Source of the DNA: Haliotis cracherodii
Taxonomy: Eukaryota
NCBI RefSeq assembly: GCF_022045235.1
Contig: NW_027266297.1
Coordinates: 43,648,001-43,712,000, forward strand
Direction of reading: 5' to 3'
DNA: 64,000 bases
Shown here: positions 37,941 through 51,200 of the stretch, in pieces
Numbering within the stretch: position 1 is the first letter of the stretch
Layout of the letters: each line of letters opens with the position of its first letter
The notes under the pieces: model-generated
Database searches by the model: none
Told to the model about the DNA's origin: nothing
Seen by the model: the letters and a program-made list of their open reading frames with translations, nothing else
Position numbers and translations under genes: made by a program

Positions 37941-38075
37941 TAAGGCAGAGAATTTATGGATGTCAACTTCTTTATTATGAGGCACACAACATTTTGGAGT
38001 ATATGCTTACTCCTTCATCAGGTGAAACATGTTCCTCATAATTAGGAAGTTGACATCCGTGAATTCTCTTCCTTA
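37941..38075 (-). mobile_element. Penelope-like remnant: inverted repeat enclosing a degenerate minimal hammerhead ribozyme
   Basis: 42-bp inverted arms at 37941-37982 and 38034-38075; minus strand CTGATGA-AGGAGTAAGCATATACTCC-AAAATGTTG. Confidence 0.6.
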
Positions 38076-39510
38076 CAAACATACATTTTGTATACAGAAA
38101 GAATACATCTGACATATATTCTGTAAACAGGAAAAAAGTGTATCGGCGATTTATCCAATTGTGAATGACTTCATTTTACAGTTCTTAATAGCAGAGACCA
38201 TATATCTATTATATGGTCTCTGTTAATAGTTAATCAAGCATGTTATTATGAAAGATAACAGGCAGCAGCCTTCACTCTCTACACATGCTAGACACCAGCC
38301 AAGCCACATGTGTAAATAAGGGAGACTATTGCGTAGTTATAAATCGGTTAAGCATTGAGGAGATTTTCTTTAGACATTATTCTTTTTATAGAGCATGTCT
38401 ATATGTAAATATATGATACATGGTCATCAGAGTGTCAAACGAACATGTTCTGGTATCATCAATATTGTGAATAGATCATGGCACCCAGACTTCTCAGGCA
38501 AACAGACAGCTTTCACAATACAAAACCTTGTAACCTGTACTTACCTGTAGGTAGCATCTAGTTGGGATACCAGCTTGCGTAATGCAACACAACTCATTTC
38601 AATTGAACTGCAAATACTCGTCTAGTATCAAGGAAAGGTATGCATTGTAAGCTCCTAGGCTTAGAAGAGCCAGTTTACAAATTAAATCTGGCCTTCCAGT
38701 TCAAGTATCTCCAACATGGTAAATGTTGAAAGACTGCACAGGTACACCACTCCGTGGGAAATAAACCCAGCATAAATAGCACAACATATCAATATCAATC
38801 ATGATGCAAGGCACTAAAAAACAGCAACATACCTCTACCAATAAAAGCTAAAAAATACATGAAAACATTTGTTGTGACACTTTGTACAGATGATGTTATG
38901 CATTAATTACAAGCATATTGATTCAATGTGTTATGTGAATAGGTCATCACACTCATCACTTACGATGAACATGTACCGTATGTCTACTATAATGCATAAG
39001 CTACCAAGAAATTCCAAGAAATGCCCAGACATGCCTTAGCTTACCGTTTTGTCATTTGTATGAACACAGATTCGCTGAATTACTTTTAAAATAAATGGGG
39101 AAGAAAGTATCAAAATTAACACAATTTATACTGTTTGGGTTATTCTTTCAGTTATATCCAGGGGTCTCTGCTTTATGTGCGGGAGTAAAGCCCAAACTGG
39201 TGCAGGTCCTAGTCACACTCCACCGCAGTGGTGACTTAGCATAACACCATCGCCACCGGCTAATTTGCATATCACATGACCAGGCTTCACTTGTTTGTAA
39301 ACAAACACGCTTTTCCCGAATTCAGAACAGACTGGCCTAATGCAAGCCTTTTGGGGCGATTTACATACTGTTTTGCATAATTATATAGATACGAATGTGC
39401 AACTGCAACAGTGACAATATATACTTCTCCATCAAACTGACCAAATTGTAAGCTCTCCGTAGGGCTTCGATGACAGCACATGGTGCCGTACTTTCAGTAG
39501 TATACTCAAT

Positions 39511-39764
39511 AGTGAGTTGGGTTTAACACCGCTTTTAACAGTATCCCAGTTATATCACAGCCTATCAGTTTAATGTGGGAGGAAAGCCCGAAGTGATGCA
39601 GGTCTTGGACGTTTACCACTTCGGTGAAACCCATGAGTACGAGTATGACGCTGACAAACCTAGAAATGTCATCGGGGTGAACTGGGATTCGAACCCACAA
39701 TCTGCTGTGCCCAAGGGATGCAACTCTGCACGGTGCCTAAGACGACTTGGCCACCCGTGGCCCC
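39511..39764 (-). mobile_element. SINE family A
   Basis: Same consensus with small internal deletions. Confidence 0.85.
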
Positions 39765-40694
39765 TAATCAATATAAACAAAGTATAACTACGCAAATGGA
39801 AATAGGTTAACCATTCTATGACATGTTTATCTTGATGTTTAAGCTTGTAAAAAATATAACAGATGGAAAACATATGCAATATCTTGAATGGACTGTGCAA
39901 GATGAGGTACTCTGCTGGCCGCATGGAACTCTGGGAAGGAGAGGGGTCTTAGAATGATGCTGACAAAACCAAGCATCAAAATGATGAAGTTTGGAAACAA
40001 GGCTTGAAAAGAACAAGCAAGGGATGCACTCTGCACACTGTGGCAAAGCTAGATGTCAACTGTCACAATGGCGTCACAATGTTTGGGCTAACATGAAACA
40101 TTTAACTCTGTTCTATTCCATTCTTTTTGTTATAGGTTCTAGGGCCCCCTTCAGTGCATCAAATGATGCATGGACACAAATTCAGGCTCATGAAAATAAC
40201 ATCCAGCCACAGAAGTTGAAATTTCTTAAGTGGCAGACAGATCTCTTGGAGACAAGTTATCAGTATAGCAGAGTAAACACACCTTAAACAAAGAAAAGAG
40301 AATTACTCATTCATGTGAAGAATACAGCTTCGTCACTATCCCCCTCCATGGGGCACATTAGAATTTTGTTGTTCATATAGTAGTGAATATTGTTATATGT
40401 CAGTGTAATTTATTGATAAAATCTGATTGTAACTGTATTGCATTATTGCTGTTGAGATTCAGTAGCAGTTCACTGCATTGTATTTGGACAATGATCAGTT
40501 GTCATGAATGTAGTACTATTTAATGTAAGCAGTGGTGAGGAAGTTATTGTAATTAGATGCTCGAACTATCGGTAAACTTCCGGAATAGCATGGATGGATG
40601 TCAAGCGTTATAGAAACATGTGGAATATTGTGTAATGTTTTAGTGTCACTGGACTGGTCAAGTACTGTGTGGAAAGTGCTGGAAGCCATCTTCC

Positions 40695-41180
40695 TGAGGC
40701 AAGAGAGTTAACTGACTTTAAAAGTCCAGTTTCAGCCCTTGCCGAAATAGGCTGGACTTCCTGGGCTCGATCGTAGCACCACCAGTGGTTATTCCGAGTT
40801 ATGTCCCTTCTATTTCTCTCCTATGGAGCAATCAGATTTCACATCTCGTATCACTTCCATTTGCTTCAAACAAAATGGCTACGCTCAGTCAAGACGATCT
40901 GATCGATAAAACGTGTCTATCACCACGAAGTGCATCAAATTATGTGAGCACAGTGATTAAAAAACATGAAAAGATTTGGAAATATACGTTGACGAGTTGG
41001 CAGTGCACATGCTTTGCAAATCCTGCAATTGACCGAAATCTGCATTAGTTTACGAACCGGATTTCGATTTCGTTGCACGATTTTCATTGGACTATGCATG
41101 GACTTGTTAGTCCAGCCAAAATGTAATTACATAATACCAGCCTAGTTCGGCAAGGGTGGAAACTTGACTTGCATAGTCTT
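40695..41180. mobile_element. Internally deleted TIR element; longer relative at about 49171-50525 in PLPP intron 1
   Basis: gactttaaaagtccagtttcagcccttgccgaaataggctgg is inverted relative to ccagcctagttcggcaagggtggaaacttgac; both halves align to the ends of 49171-50525. Confidence 0.7.
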
Positions 41181-44100
41181 GCTTTGGGAAGATGGCTGGA
41201 AGCTAGTTGAATTATACAAGTGGAGCATGCCTGTCGCATCTCATATTTCATCTGACATTACATCAAGACCAGTTTTCACCCTTGTTTTCAACCCAGGCCT
41301 ATCTCTGGAAGCCTGTCCACTGATGCAACAAGGTGGTTATTATTCTTGTCACTGTTTTCTACTGCGCTCATATTTTATCCTGTCATTGAATATTGTACTT
41401 CCACTCTATTGTGTACTGCCATTGTAATTGCTGTGCAGTAATTTGTATTAATTTGTAAACCTAGTTAATTTCATACAATTGTTTATTGTATACCATTTGT
41501 TGGTTGTGCGTTGGTTTCACACTAAATTCTTTTACGTTTCAATTTTGGAATCGACACAAAACAAAATAAACTATAAAAAAAAGAGTCCTTATAAAGCCTT
41601 AAGAAGAGATAGGCACTTGGACAGGTTTGTGTCATCAGAAAAAATGAATAAATGTGAAATTAATACACACAAAGGCCCCTTCTCTGAAAAAAATAACTCT
41701 TGATGAGCATCTCTTAGACAAGCTAACTTCAACAGTTTCTGAGAAAACTTTTCCCCATTGCAGATACTATGCACCAAGTAAAATAACATGGATCAAGGGT
41801 TGTAACTCTGTGAAAAATCTAAGGGGCCAATTTTCGAACTCAGTCTTGACAAGTATATTTAAATAAGCAAGTAACTGCAGAAGTTTCGGACAAAAACTTG
41901 TTCCCATTTCACGCAGTAAGTTGAAAAGCACAGGACAAGGCCCATAACTCTGTAAAAAATTAATTTACTACACCACTTTTTGAAAATTTGTCTTGAGAAG
42001 GGAAGGAAAGACGGATTATACCACCGCACCACTTTGTGGTGGGGAATATTGACATAAACCCCATGTCAGAATTAAATAAGCAGGTGATGGCAACCTTTAA
42101 TTCTGTACAAAGCTCTGTGAAACACGCTGAAATCCATGTGTTAATCTACCGGTAGTAGAAATCTGTCCTCAAATAAATTGCTTTTGTGAATTTCAATTTA
42201 AAACTGTGCAACTGTTTCAACAACATAATATAAATGTAATAGATCCCAAACACGATGTTATCTGGTGATGATACCACAGCTTGTGGTCATGCATCTTCAC
42301 CCAGCTGTCTCCAGCTGGTGCTCTACAACCACCAGAGGCGGAGTATACAGCACATGTAGGCTCAGGACTCATTTTTATTCACAAATGCTTAATCAAACTT
42401 TATAATCTAAACCAAGGCGATTATAAATTATTTATAAGATTTCTATCTCAACTATCATCATCTAGTTGTCTGCAAGCACCTGCAGATGAAGAAAATTGCT
42501 CCCTCCTTACATTAATGAAACACTGGGATGAATTAATTAATTCATTGTGGCCTTACCTTCATTACAGTGTTTCAGATTCACACAAGGCACAATAGGGTTT
42601 CACATGATTTTTCTTTCACACACACACACAAAAATAAAAATACTTGCAATGACATTTTCAGTGCATAATGATCAAAATGTTTACTACCCGTTACATTTAC
42701 AGTACTGATTGCCCGTTATTACTATGTCCATTTTAAAATCAATTCAAAACATCCAAAGATCATATTGTGAAAGTGAACGAACAGCGAAAGAAAGCCAATA
42801 TTCCAGCTATATGTAGGCAGTCTGAAATAATAGCATCTGTACCAACTGATCCAGTAATTGACATCCTGAGCATCAAACTACGCTATTTGGATATCATGAC
42901 ATTCATAAACCAAGTCAGAGCCTGACCACTTGATTCCATTTATCACTATACACAGCAAAATCTGGTAATTCCTTCAACACAGACTGGAAATGGGCTGCGG
43001 GCTGTGGAACATATGGCCACAGATGGTTAGTGCATACTGACAATTATGGCTTGACAAAACAACTCAATATGACCAAAACCATCATTATATACAGGGTTGC
43101 AAGATTCCATGTCTTGTCTACTTGGAATTACCCAGTCGTGTCTTGTGTGAAACTGAGAACATGGCTGTTTTGTTTGTTTCTTAAAGCCCCACTCAGCAAT
43201 ATTCCACCTGTATGACATCCTGTAAATACTGGTAATCCAGTCGGGACCAGTGATTGATGTTATGAGCAACGACCCACACCATATCATGTATGATAAATGC
43301 AGCCATCCAAATCACTGAGTCTGGCAGCCTGATCTATTTATTCACCACTTACAACAAGCATAGGTTGTTGGGGACCAATCCTAACCCTGGAACCCATGGG
43401 AGACATGATAATATTATTTGGTAGTCAGTTACTGCTAGATTGCTCTAAATTATAAAACGTCGATAAGTAGACAATTTTAACAGATTAAGTTTCCAGTATC
43501 TTACTGACCTGTTTTAAATTTCATTACTGCTGAAATGTGCTTAGACCTGTTTCATTTCACAATTCATGTTCACTTATATTATTATTTGAAGACTGATTAC
43601 TAATTGGTAAACAATGACTTACATTCTTACATTAAAACAGACCAATAGTAAGTGATGTATAAAGATGTTTTTTACTCAAAATGTTGCAACAACACAATAA
43701 TCAAAAAAGAAGAAAATAAAAATGCTTAATTTAGACATCTTTCCTGGTATTTTTGTCTATTCTTACCGAGATGTTTCAACTAAGTTCAAATCAACCTTTT
43801 TCTTATGCATAATCGCCAAGTAACCTGAAGGATATACACTTATGAGTAATGTAAAATATTAATTTGGCCATGCACATTCACTTGAGACATACCCATATCA
43901 ACACCTTATGTGCACCCAAACAAACAACAAAAACTTTGCCAAAATTCAACATATTTTAAATATATTTTTTTACAATTGTTAACTCGTTTTTTGGTCATGT
44001 CATCCTATAACAAGATTAATTGTCTATAACAGTATGTAATATGCTTTAATTATTTTCTATAAAAATAATACTTGAAGAGAATTATTTTTGCATGTTGTGG

Positions 44101-45094
44101 TCCACTGACAGGCAGACACGCATACAAGTGACGCTATGTGATGGAGTCATTTGTATGCTTTATGAGGGACCTGTCTCACATATGAATTACGTCCTCTACC
44201 GCCTAGACTTCCATTGTTGCATCTCTGAGGTGCTATTTGAACAAACGGTTTTGGGGGTTTTATTGGTCAATACACGGAGGAAAATATGATGAATAGCTAA
44301 CTGATACCCCACTCTGGGTGAGTATACGTTTATTTACTTTTTCCAGTGAATGTGATATTTACAAATCACAGTTGATAAAAGTAACAAATAGAGAATATTC
44401 GTCCAAAAATATTCTCTAAATCCTTCTTTCTCCAGCCTAGTAATATCAGTAGGTTAAGAGCTCGTACCCCAGGTTTACATGACTCATGATTTTGATTTAA
44501 AATCACGTCTGGAATTGTAAGAAATCCTTCACATAAACATCACAACATCACAACATGTCAACATGAAAACAGTTGACATGCATTCACTTGTAAATGAATA
44601 GCAAAACTGTATCAGCTAATAGACCTTCAGTTAAAACAAAGGAAACCATGGCAACAGGAAAGTGGTGTATATAATATAAAGTGTTCACCGGAAACAAGAC
44701 TTGTACGCATGTTACCATCACTGTACATTTGACCGAGCTGTGGGACACACATTCTGTGGCCTGGCCTCAGACAAATATTCAAATATGCTGCCTATCACAA
44801 TATTCCATGAATACAGTAATACACTTGAATCTAAAGTGACAAATAATATCAAGTACATTCAATATACAACCGTAGTCACTTAGTTTCAAACCCTGCAAGA
44901 TGAAATGCTAATATCGAATACTGCTATTTCTACTTTCATGATATGCTACAACAATCCTATCTCTCACAACACATAAGCTCAGGCACATTTCACAGGTTTG
45001 CATGATGGCGTATAACTGACTCCACAAGACACAGAAACTGGCAAGGATTATCACAACCATGTTGCATGACCCACATGTTCCAGCCATGACATCC

Positions 45095-45286
45095 TCACTT
45101 GCCACGGCTCACATGACTAATGACATGCGTCAGCTCCTCGTTCATTTCTGCTGTGTCATCACTAGGGCCCGAGGAGGAAGTCTCCTGGCGGCCATTTTGA
45201 TGGTAGAGAGGGAATTTCTCATGGCGACTTCTGTAAAATCTCATCACAGATCTTCGCTCCAAGCGGAAACTGCTCAGAAATGTTAT
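45095..45286 (-). CDS. PLPP: PLPP exon 6 (cytoplasmic tail, stop)
   Basis: ttttcag acceptor, open to TGA at 45097-45095. Confidence 0.85.
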   Translation of the reverse strand: MTFLSSFRLERRSVMRFYRSRHEKFPLYHQNGRQETSSSGPSDDTAEMNEELTHVISHVSRGK

Positions 45287-48200
45287 CTGAAAAACAGTGG
45301 TTGATAGCATTAGCTGTGATCTATGCCTTCAGTATTCAAGTTTACACAATTAATCCTATAATAATAGTAAAGAAAAGTGTTACAATTAACATAAGAATTC
45401 AACACATAATGACAACATTCCAGGAAATCCAGCGGGTGAGGTGAAATGGGGTTTAATGTCGCAGGAGCTTATTTGGAACACTGTATTGGAGACTTACTCA
45501 AACACGTGATAGCCATGGGATGATATAAAATAATACATACATACAGAAAATTGTCTATCTCTCTTACCACGAGGCAGCTAATAAGGGTGCCAAGAATGGC
45601 ACCAGCTAGCACATCGCTCCAGTGATGCTTGTAGTCTGAGATTCGTGACAAACACGTGAAGAAAGCAAGACCAAAGGCAACGAGCTGCATAACTGGGCGG
45701 ATCAGGTTAGTTCTGGCCGTAGTCAGTCGAGCCTGGAGATATGCCTGCAGTAGTAGAGAGGAGTGTTACGTAATTGCTGCATCACATAAACCCATCAGTA
45801 TTGTTATCCTTGTTTACTTTCATCAAATGTAATGTCAGTCATCAATATAGTTCTTATACAAATGTTACAGGATGTAAATTAGCTGTGTCCTCAATGTCTG
45901 TTACATCAGCATTAGGCTCAGACAAATCAGCAGTCCAAGCAAGTGTAATTAAATTTGAATTTGTCTGCAGACTAAGCCTCCATAACGTACATCCACATCA
46001 AAGATAATGATTACCACAATGACACGGACAGTGTCTCAGACATGGAACTAATACCAAAGCCTACACTTCTTCAGGATATTCCAAAGTCCTTACCATAAGG
46101 AAGATCATGCAGTAGACAGCGATGGAGGCATGGCCCGAGGGGAAGGACAGTCTGGCAACATAAAAGGTTTTCAGTGAAGACAACAGCTAGGTACAGAAGC
46201 TCACCTTCACTGGTTCACTAGGTGCTTCACAGTTTGTTTGTTTGTTTGTTTTGTTGGATTGTTGTTTAACGCCGCACTCAGCAATATTCCAGCTATATGA
46301 TGGCGGTCTGTAAATAATCGAGCCTGGACCAGACAATCCAGTGATTGACATCATGAGCATCGATCCACGCAATTGGGATACGATGACATGCGTCAAACAA
46401 GTCACAGAGCCTGACCACCCGATCCTGTTAGTCGCCTTTTACGACAAGCATAGTCGCCTTTTACGGCAAGCATGGGTTTCTGAAGACCTATTCTACCCCG
46501 TATCTAGGTGTTTCACAGACTTTGTGCTATTGTATATTGTTAAAACCGCAGTACACATTTTAATATTGGTTATTGATAGTCAGCTATATTCGAAACTATT
46601 TTCTCGTGAAATCCCGATGACGTTAAAACATACTACACTGCCATGGTATCTCCAAAACGGAAATATATTTGTACCAGCATGATCAGGGGGATTCATTTCA
46701 TAGCTTATTTGACTATGAAGTAAAATGCAGTAGTTTGGAAGAGTGTTTCATGTGTTGTATGCCAGTGTATCTTCTTGTTGAACAATGATTGTAGCTGTGG
46801 TATATTGTTTCTATTTAGATACGGTAGATGCTCATTGCACTGTGTTTGGACAGTGATCAGTTGTCAGGTAGTTACTATATTTAGTTGATACATGGTGTGT
46901 AAACTTCCAGTCTGGTATACTGCGGACAGCTATAGTATGTTATGGAAACTTCTTTAATGTTCTAGTGCCGATGGTCATATATCACCGACTTTTGCTATCA
47001 CTACTGTATTTGTGTATTTGATACTGACCACTGCCATCATATTATATGTTGCCATTGAATATTGTACTACCTATTGTACTACTCTTTGTGCGCATGTTCT
47101 TCACATAAATATACAACAAGTTCACTTTTCTACAGTATCTCAAGGATTATCCTTGAATTTTGTTCCTATGAGAGAAAATCCCACTGGTCTAAAAGCAATG
47201 AGATTTTTTTGCATGTGATGAGATTTTGCAAATTTTCAGAGACATGTGGTCTTCCCAGAGTTGAAATTGTATTTGATATTCGGTATTTGTGACACCAATT
47301 ATGTTGCAATTAACGTTACTAGATTATATAGATACATCCTCCTATATTTTCAAACATTGATTATTCCACTGTGAATATTTAAAAATATTAGCATTAGTGT
47401 CAACAAAAAAATGCATAAATATTTATATTTCTGTTCATTGTCTACATTAGGAGAAAATACATTAATATTTATGTATTTCAGTTCATTGTTGACTTTAGAA
47501 GGAATTATTTGCGAGAACAATTATAGCTAAGGCATGTTTACCACCATCAGCTGTTTATTTTATTGGCATGCGGGGGAACAAACAATTTCTAGGTCTTCCA
47601 CAATGTGTGTTGAGTTCGTAATTTAATATATTCAAAGCGATGACATGAAATAGCGACAGTCGTAAATAGTGTTACAGTATGTTGGCAAAAAATATATAAT
47701 TTACATTCCAGTGCTTTTGGCAATTTTGGTGTCTTTTTTCTGTCTGTTGTGTGTACTTTATCAAAGACCGGGTGTCTAATCAAATGAAACCTTATCAATA
47801 TGGACTTTTTTAATAACTTAGAAGTGACAGTTCATTGTACAATGATTTTTGCTCCAGGTTCACACTTTTAATTTAATTAGCAACAATTAAGTCATTTTTT
47901 TCTACAGAAGGCGTCATGATTGCTATGTGCAGCAGCCAGAAAATGTTTACAAGTAACTGGAAGTTGAAAAGATTGTTGACATTCATGATGCTTATGAGTT
48001 ACATTTGAATGATTAAGACACAGGTTTCAATAAATACTGAGAAATCTAGATGTAAACATATCGTTGTTGTTTGGCGGCTGGAAATAGTTCAAAATTTGTA
48101 ATTCATGCACATTGGCCATTCTTGCAAGAGGGTACGTTCATGAAAAACAGTGTGAAACTTTAGGTGTTCAAATGATTATTCCACCAACATACCTCATATC

Positions 48201-51200
48201 TCGAAGACGATAAGAATTTGTTCCTTTACATGTGAAGTCCATGATATAGCCACTGTTACAGTCTATGTTGGCCATGTCCGGGTTGCACACTGCAAAGAAA
48301 TGTGGGCGGAGTCTCCCGATACTGAACTTGCCGATTTCTGTCAGAAGTTGAGTGACAGCTGACCCAAATATGAACACGATGATAATTTTGTAACATTTTT
48401 CAAAGTAACTTTTCGTGTGCTCATTTGGGTCTGTGGAAACGATCCCAAAACAGGAGGTTTTCTTCTCATGAAGGGCTTCAATGACCAAAATCTGGAGAAA
48501 AAATAAAATTTGGGCAAGAATTTTCAAGAAACATGAAATGCATTTTATCAATATGTCAAGTATCAAAATGATGCTAGCCCTCCCAAGGGATTTTTAAATA
48601 ATTAAGTCTTGGCCAGGCAAACTAATGGTTGACACCATGAGCAACCGTCCACACATTTGAGAAAAGATAACACCAACATGATAACACTATCAGCCAGGTC
48701 ACATGTTTTAATGTGACCACCCAATCCTCGTTAGTCGGCTCTTATGGCAAGCACTGGGAATTGGGAACCTATTCTGTTCCAGCATCCCATTAGAAGGAAT
48801 TACAATGTAATTAACATGTTACATTTCATTGAGTACAATAATATTTATATAACGTTCCAGGTGTATCTACTTACACACAGAATGGGAAGTCCCAGGCCGA
48901 CCACACCCAGCAGCCAAGTGGGGATGGTGTTCCCGAGGAAGGGGTGCTTGAGACTCTCGTCATTACAGAAGAACCCTCGGTGGTATGGGACACCAATCAA
49001 GGTGAACAGACCAATTGGGATCGCAACTGCCAACATTCAGAAGAAGAAATTTAAAAGCTAATGATTTTCCATCTGAGGAGCACCCGTCTGATAATGCGTG
49101 TCACAGTCACCAGCTGGAAAAGATTGGTGGCAATGTCAGTTCACGTTGACATTTTAACATCTTCCCAAACTAGGCTGGAATTTCTGGGCTCGATCGTAGC
49201 ACCACTAGTGGCTATAATGAGTTATGTCCCTTCTATATCCCTACTCTTGACCAATCAGATGACACCTCTCGTATCACTTGCATTTGCTTCAAACAAAATG
49301 GCAGCACCCTGTCAAGACGATCTGATCAATAATCAAGATCTATATTGTAATAATGAAATTTTCGTTGTGTTCATTGAAATTCCTGCATCCTGATTAGCTG
49401 AATTGGTCACATGTTATTGCATTCATTTCCAAATAAATGTAACATATTTAGCCATGCCCACCAAGGCGCACTACTTTATTACTGCGTAATGTCGGGGAAT
49501 CCCAATATTACAGTCGAGGGAATTCCCTTTCTGCTCAAGTGTATGGTTATGCGCAGGACATTTAGGGAAACTCACGCATATTCATTGTCCAAACAACCCT
49601 TTGAGACCGTAGGCCAAGAAAGGCATAAAACTGCAAACATGCAGGCCTGCTCGCCTGTTATTTTCCTGCTCACCTCGGTTCCACAACTTTAATGTCTTTG
49701 GGTTTCAATTCTAACTATCCAACTGCGTCTTCATGTTCTCAGGGAACTAATTTGAAACAGCCGCCTTCTCCCGGACATATTTGTTCTGGTTCGTGACAGT
49801 CTGACTGTTGCATTTCTTCTCGCCTATTGCCTTGATATACAGGTCCTATGAACATTGTTTTGATGTTATTCTCTGTTGATTGGCTACTGACTTTGTAGGC
49901 ATGTCAAGTTATGTGCATAAACTAAACAGTCACCTGATTAATGTCACACCACCGTATGTATCCCTACACCTGGAATGTTTATAAATGTCGTCATTTTTGT
50001 CTGCTTTGATATACATAACTATTTTGGGTTAAACTATTGTAGATAAAACATGTTGAATATAATTATAAGCATTGACTGGATATATTTTTCGGTTTATTGA
50101 GGTATGAATTTAAAAACAACCGATGCACAAACTTTTGTAAGAATCTGCTATGCGTATTCATGCAGTTTGCACAATGGTTTTTCGATTCATACCTCAATGA
50201 CCCAAAAAATACACAGTCAATCCTTAAATAAAATGGGTCTTACTTCGCAAAGTGCATGAAATCACGTGATGGCTTGATGAAAAACATGAAAAGATTTGGA
50301 ATATATATGTTCGCGCTAATTTGACGGTACACATGCTTTGCAAATCCTTCAATCGACCGAAATCTGCAAGGCAGTTTACGAACAGGATGTCGATTTCACT
50401 ACGTGATTTTGATTGGACTATGCATAAACTTGTTAGTCCAGCAAAAATATATAACTCCATAATTCCAGGCTTGTTCGGCAGGTATGGAAACTGGACTTTC
50501 ATAGTCAGTTAACTCCCTTGCCTCAAGATGATTGGGTTTCAATGGAGTTTTAAGGAAAAGTAAGAAATTGTAAATCTTACAATAAATTGTATATTCACAA
50601 TACTTATCTCACACTATGCATTTCTTCCATCTTTTTTTATTCTATGTGAAAATGTGTTTGAACAGCGTCACCATGCTTACCACCCAAACAAATGAAAAAA
50701 ACAACAAAAAAACACTGCCTAGACAAAAACACTTGTGTGCAGGAGAATACACCATAACAGGTGATATGATCCCTATACATTAGTCGTACATAACAGCATG
50801 AATTCAGGTTTTCAAATATGACATCATTACATGAACGACCATGTAGTTATAAATAATAATTGATATAGTGGACGACATACAATCGATCCGGAAGGGGTCT
50901 CCAGGCAATCAATTGTACAAGACTGGACACGGCACTGTCTTCCATTGACAATAGAGTGTGCCTACTTGGCAAAAGTTTTTACCCTTCATCAAAGCTATCA
51001 AAGCCGCTCGGGGAATTGAAGCATGCTAAGACAAGGAGAGGATAGATTGACAATATCCACAATTAAAAAAAGGATCTTTGAATAAATAGCAGGCTGCACA
51101 TGCATAAAGCAGAGGTTTCACCGTGGTAAACTTAACACTTTGATGGAACTATTGTCATACAAGAGCTACCTTCAGGCTAATTGTCTCCTTTTATCGAAAG

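Noticed and set aside
49411-49800. Transposase remnant inside the 49171-50525 element
   Set aside because: No frame I translated gave a recognisable transposase or recombinase motif; TBLASTX against repeat libraries would be needed.
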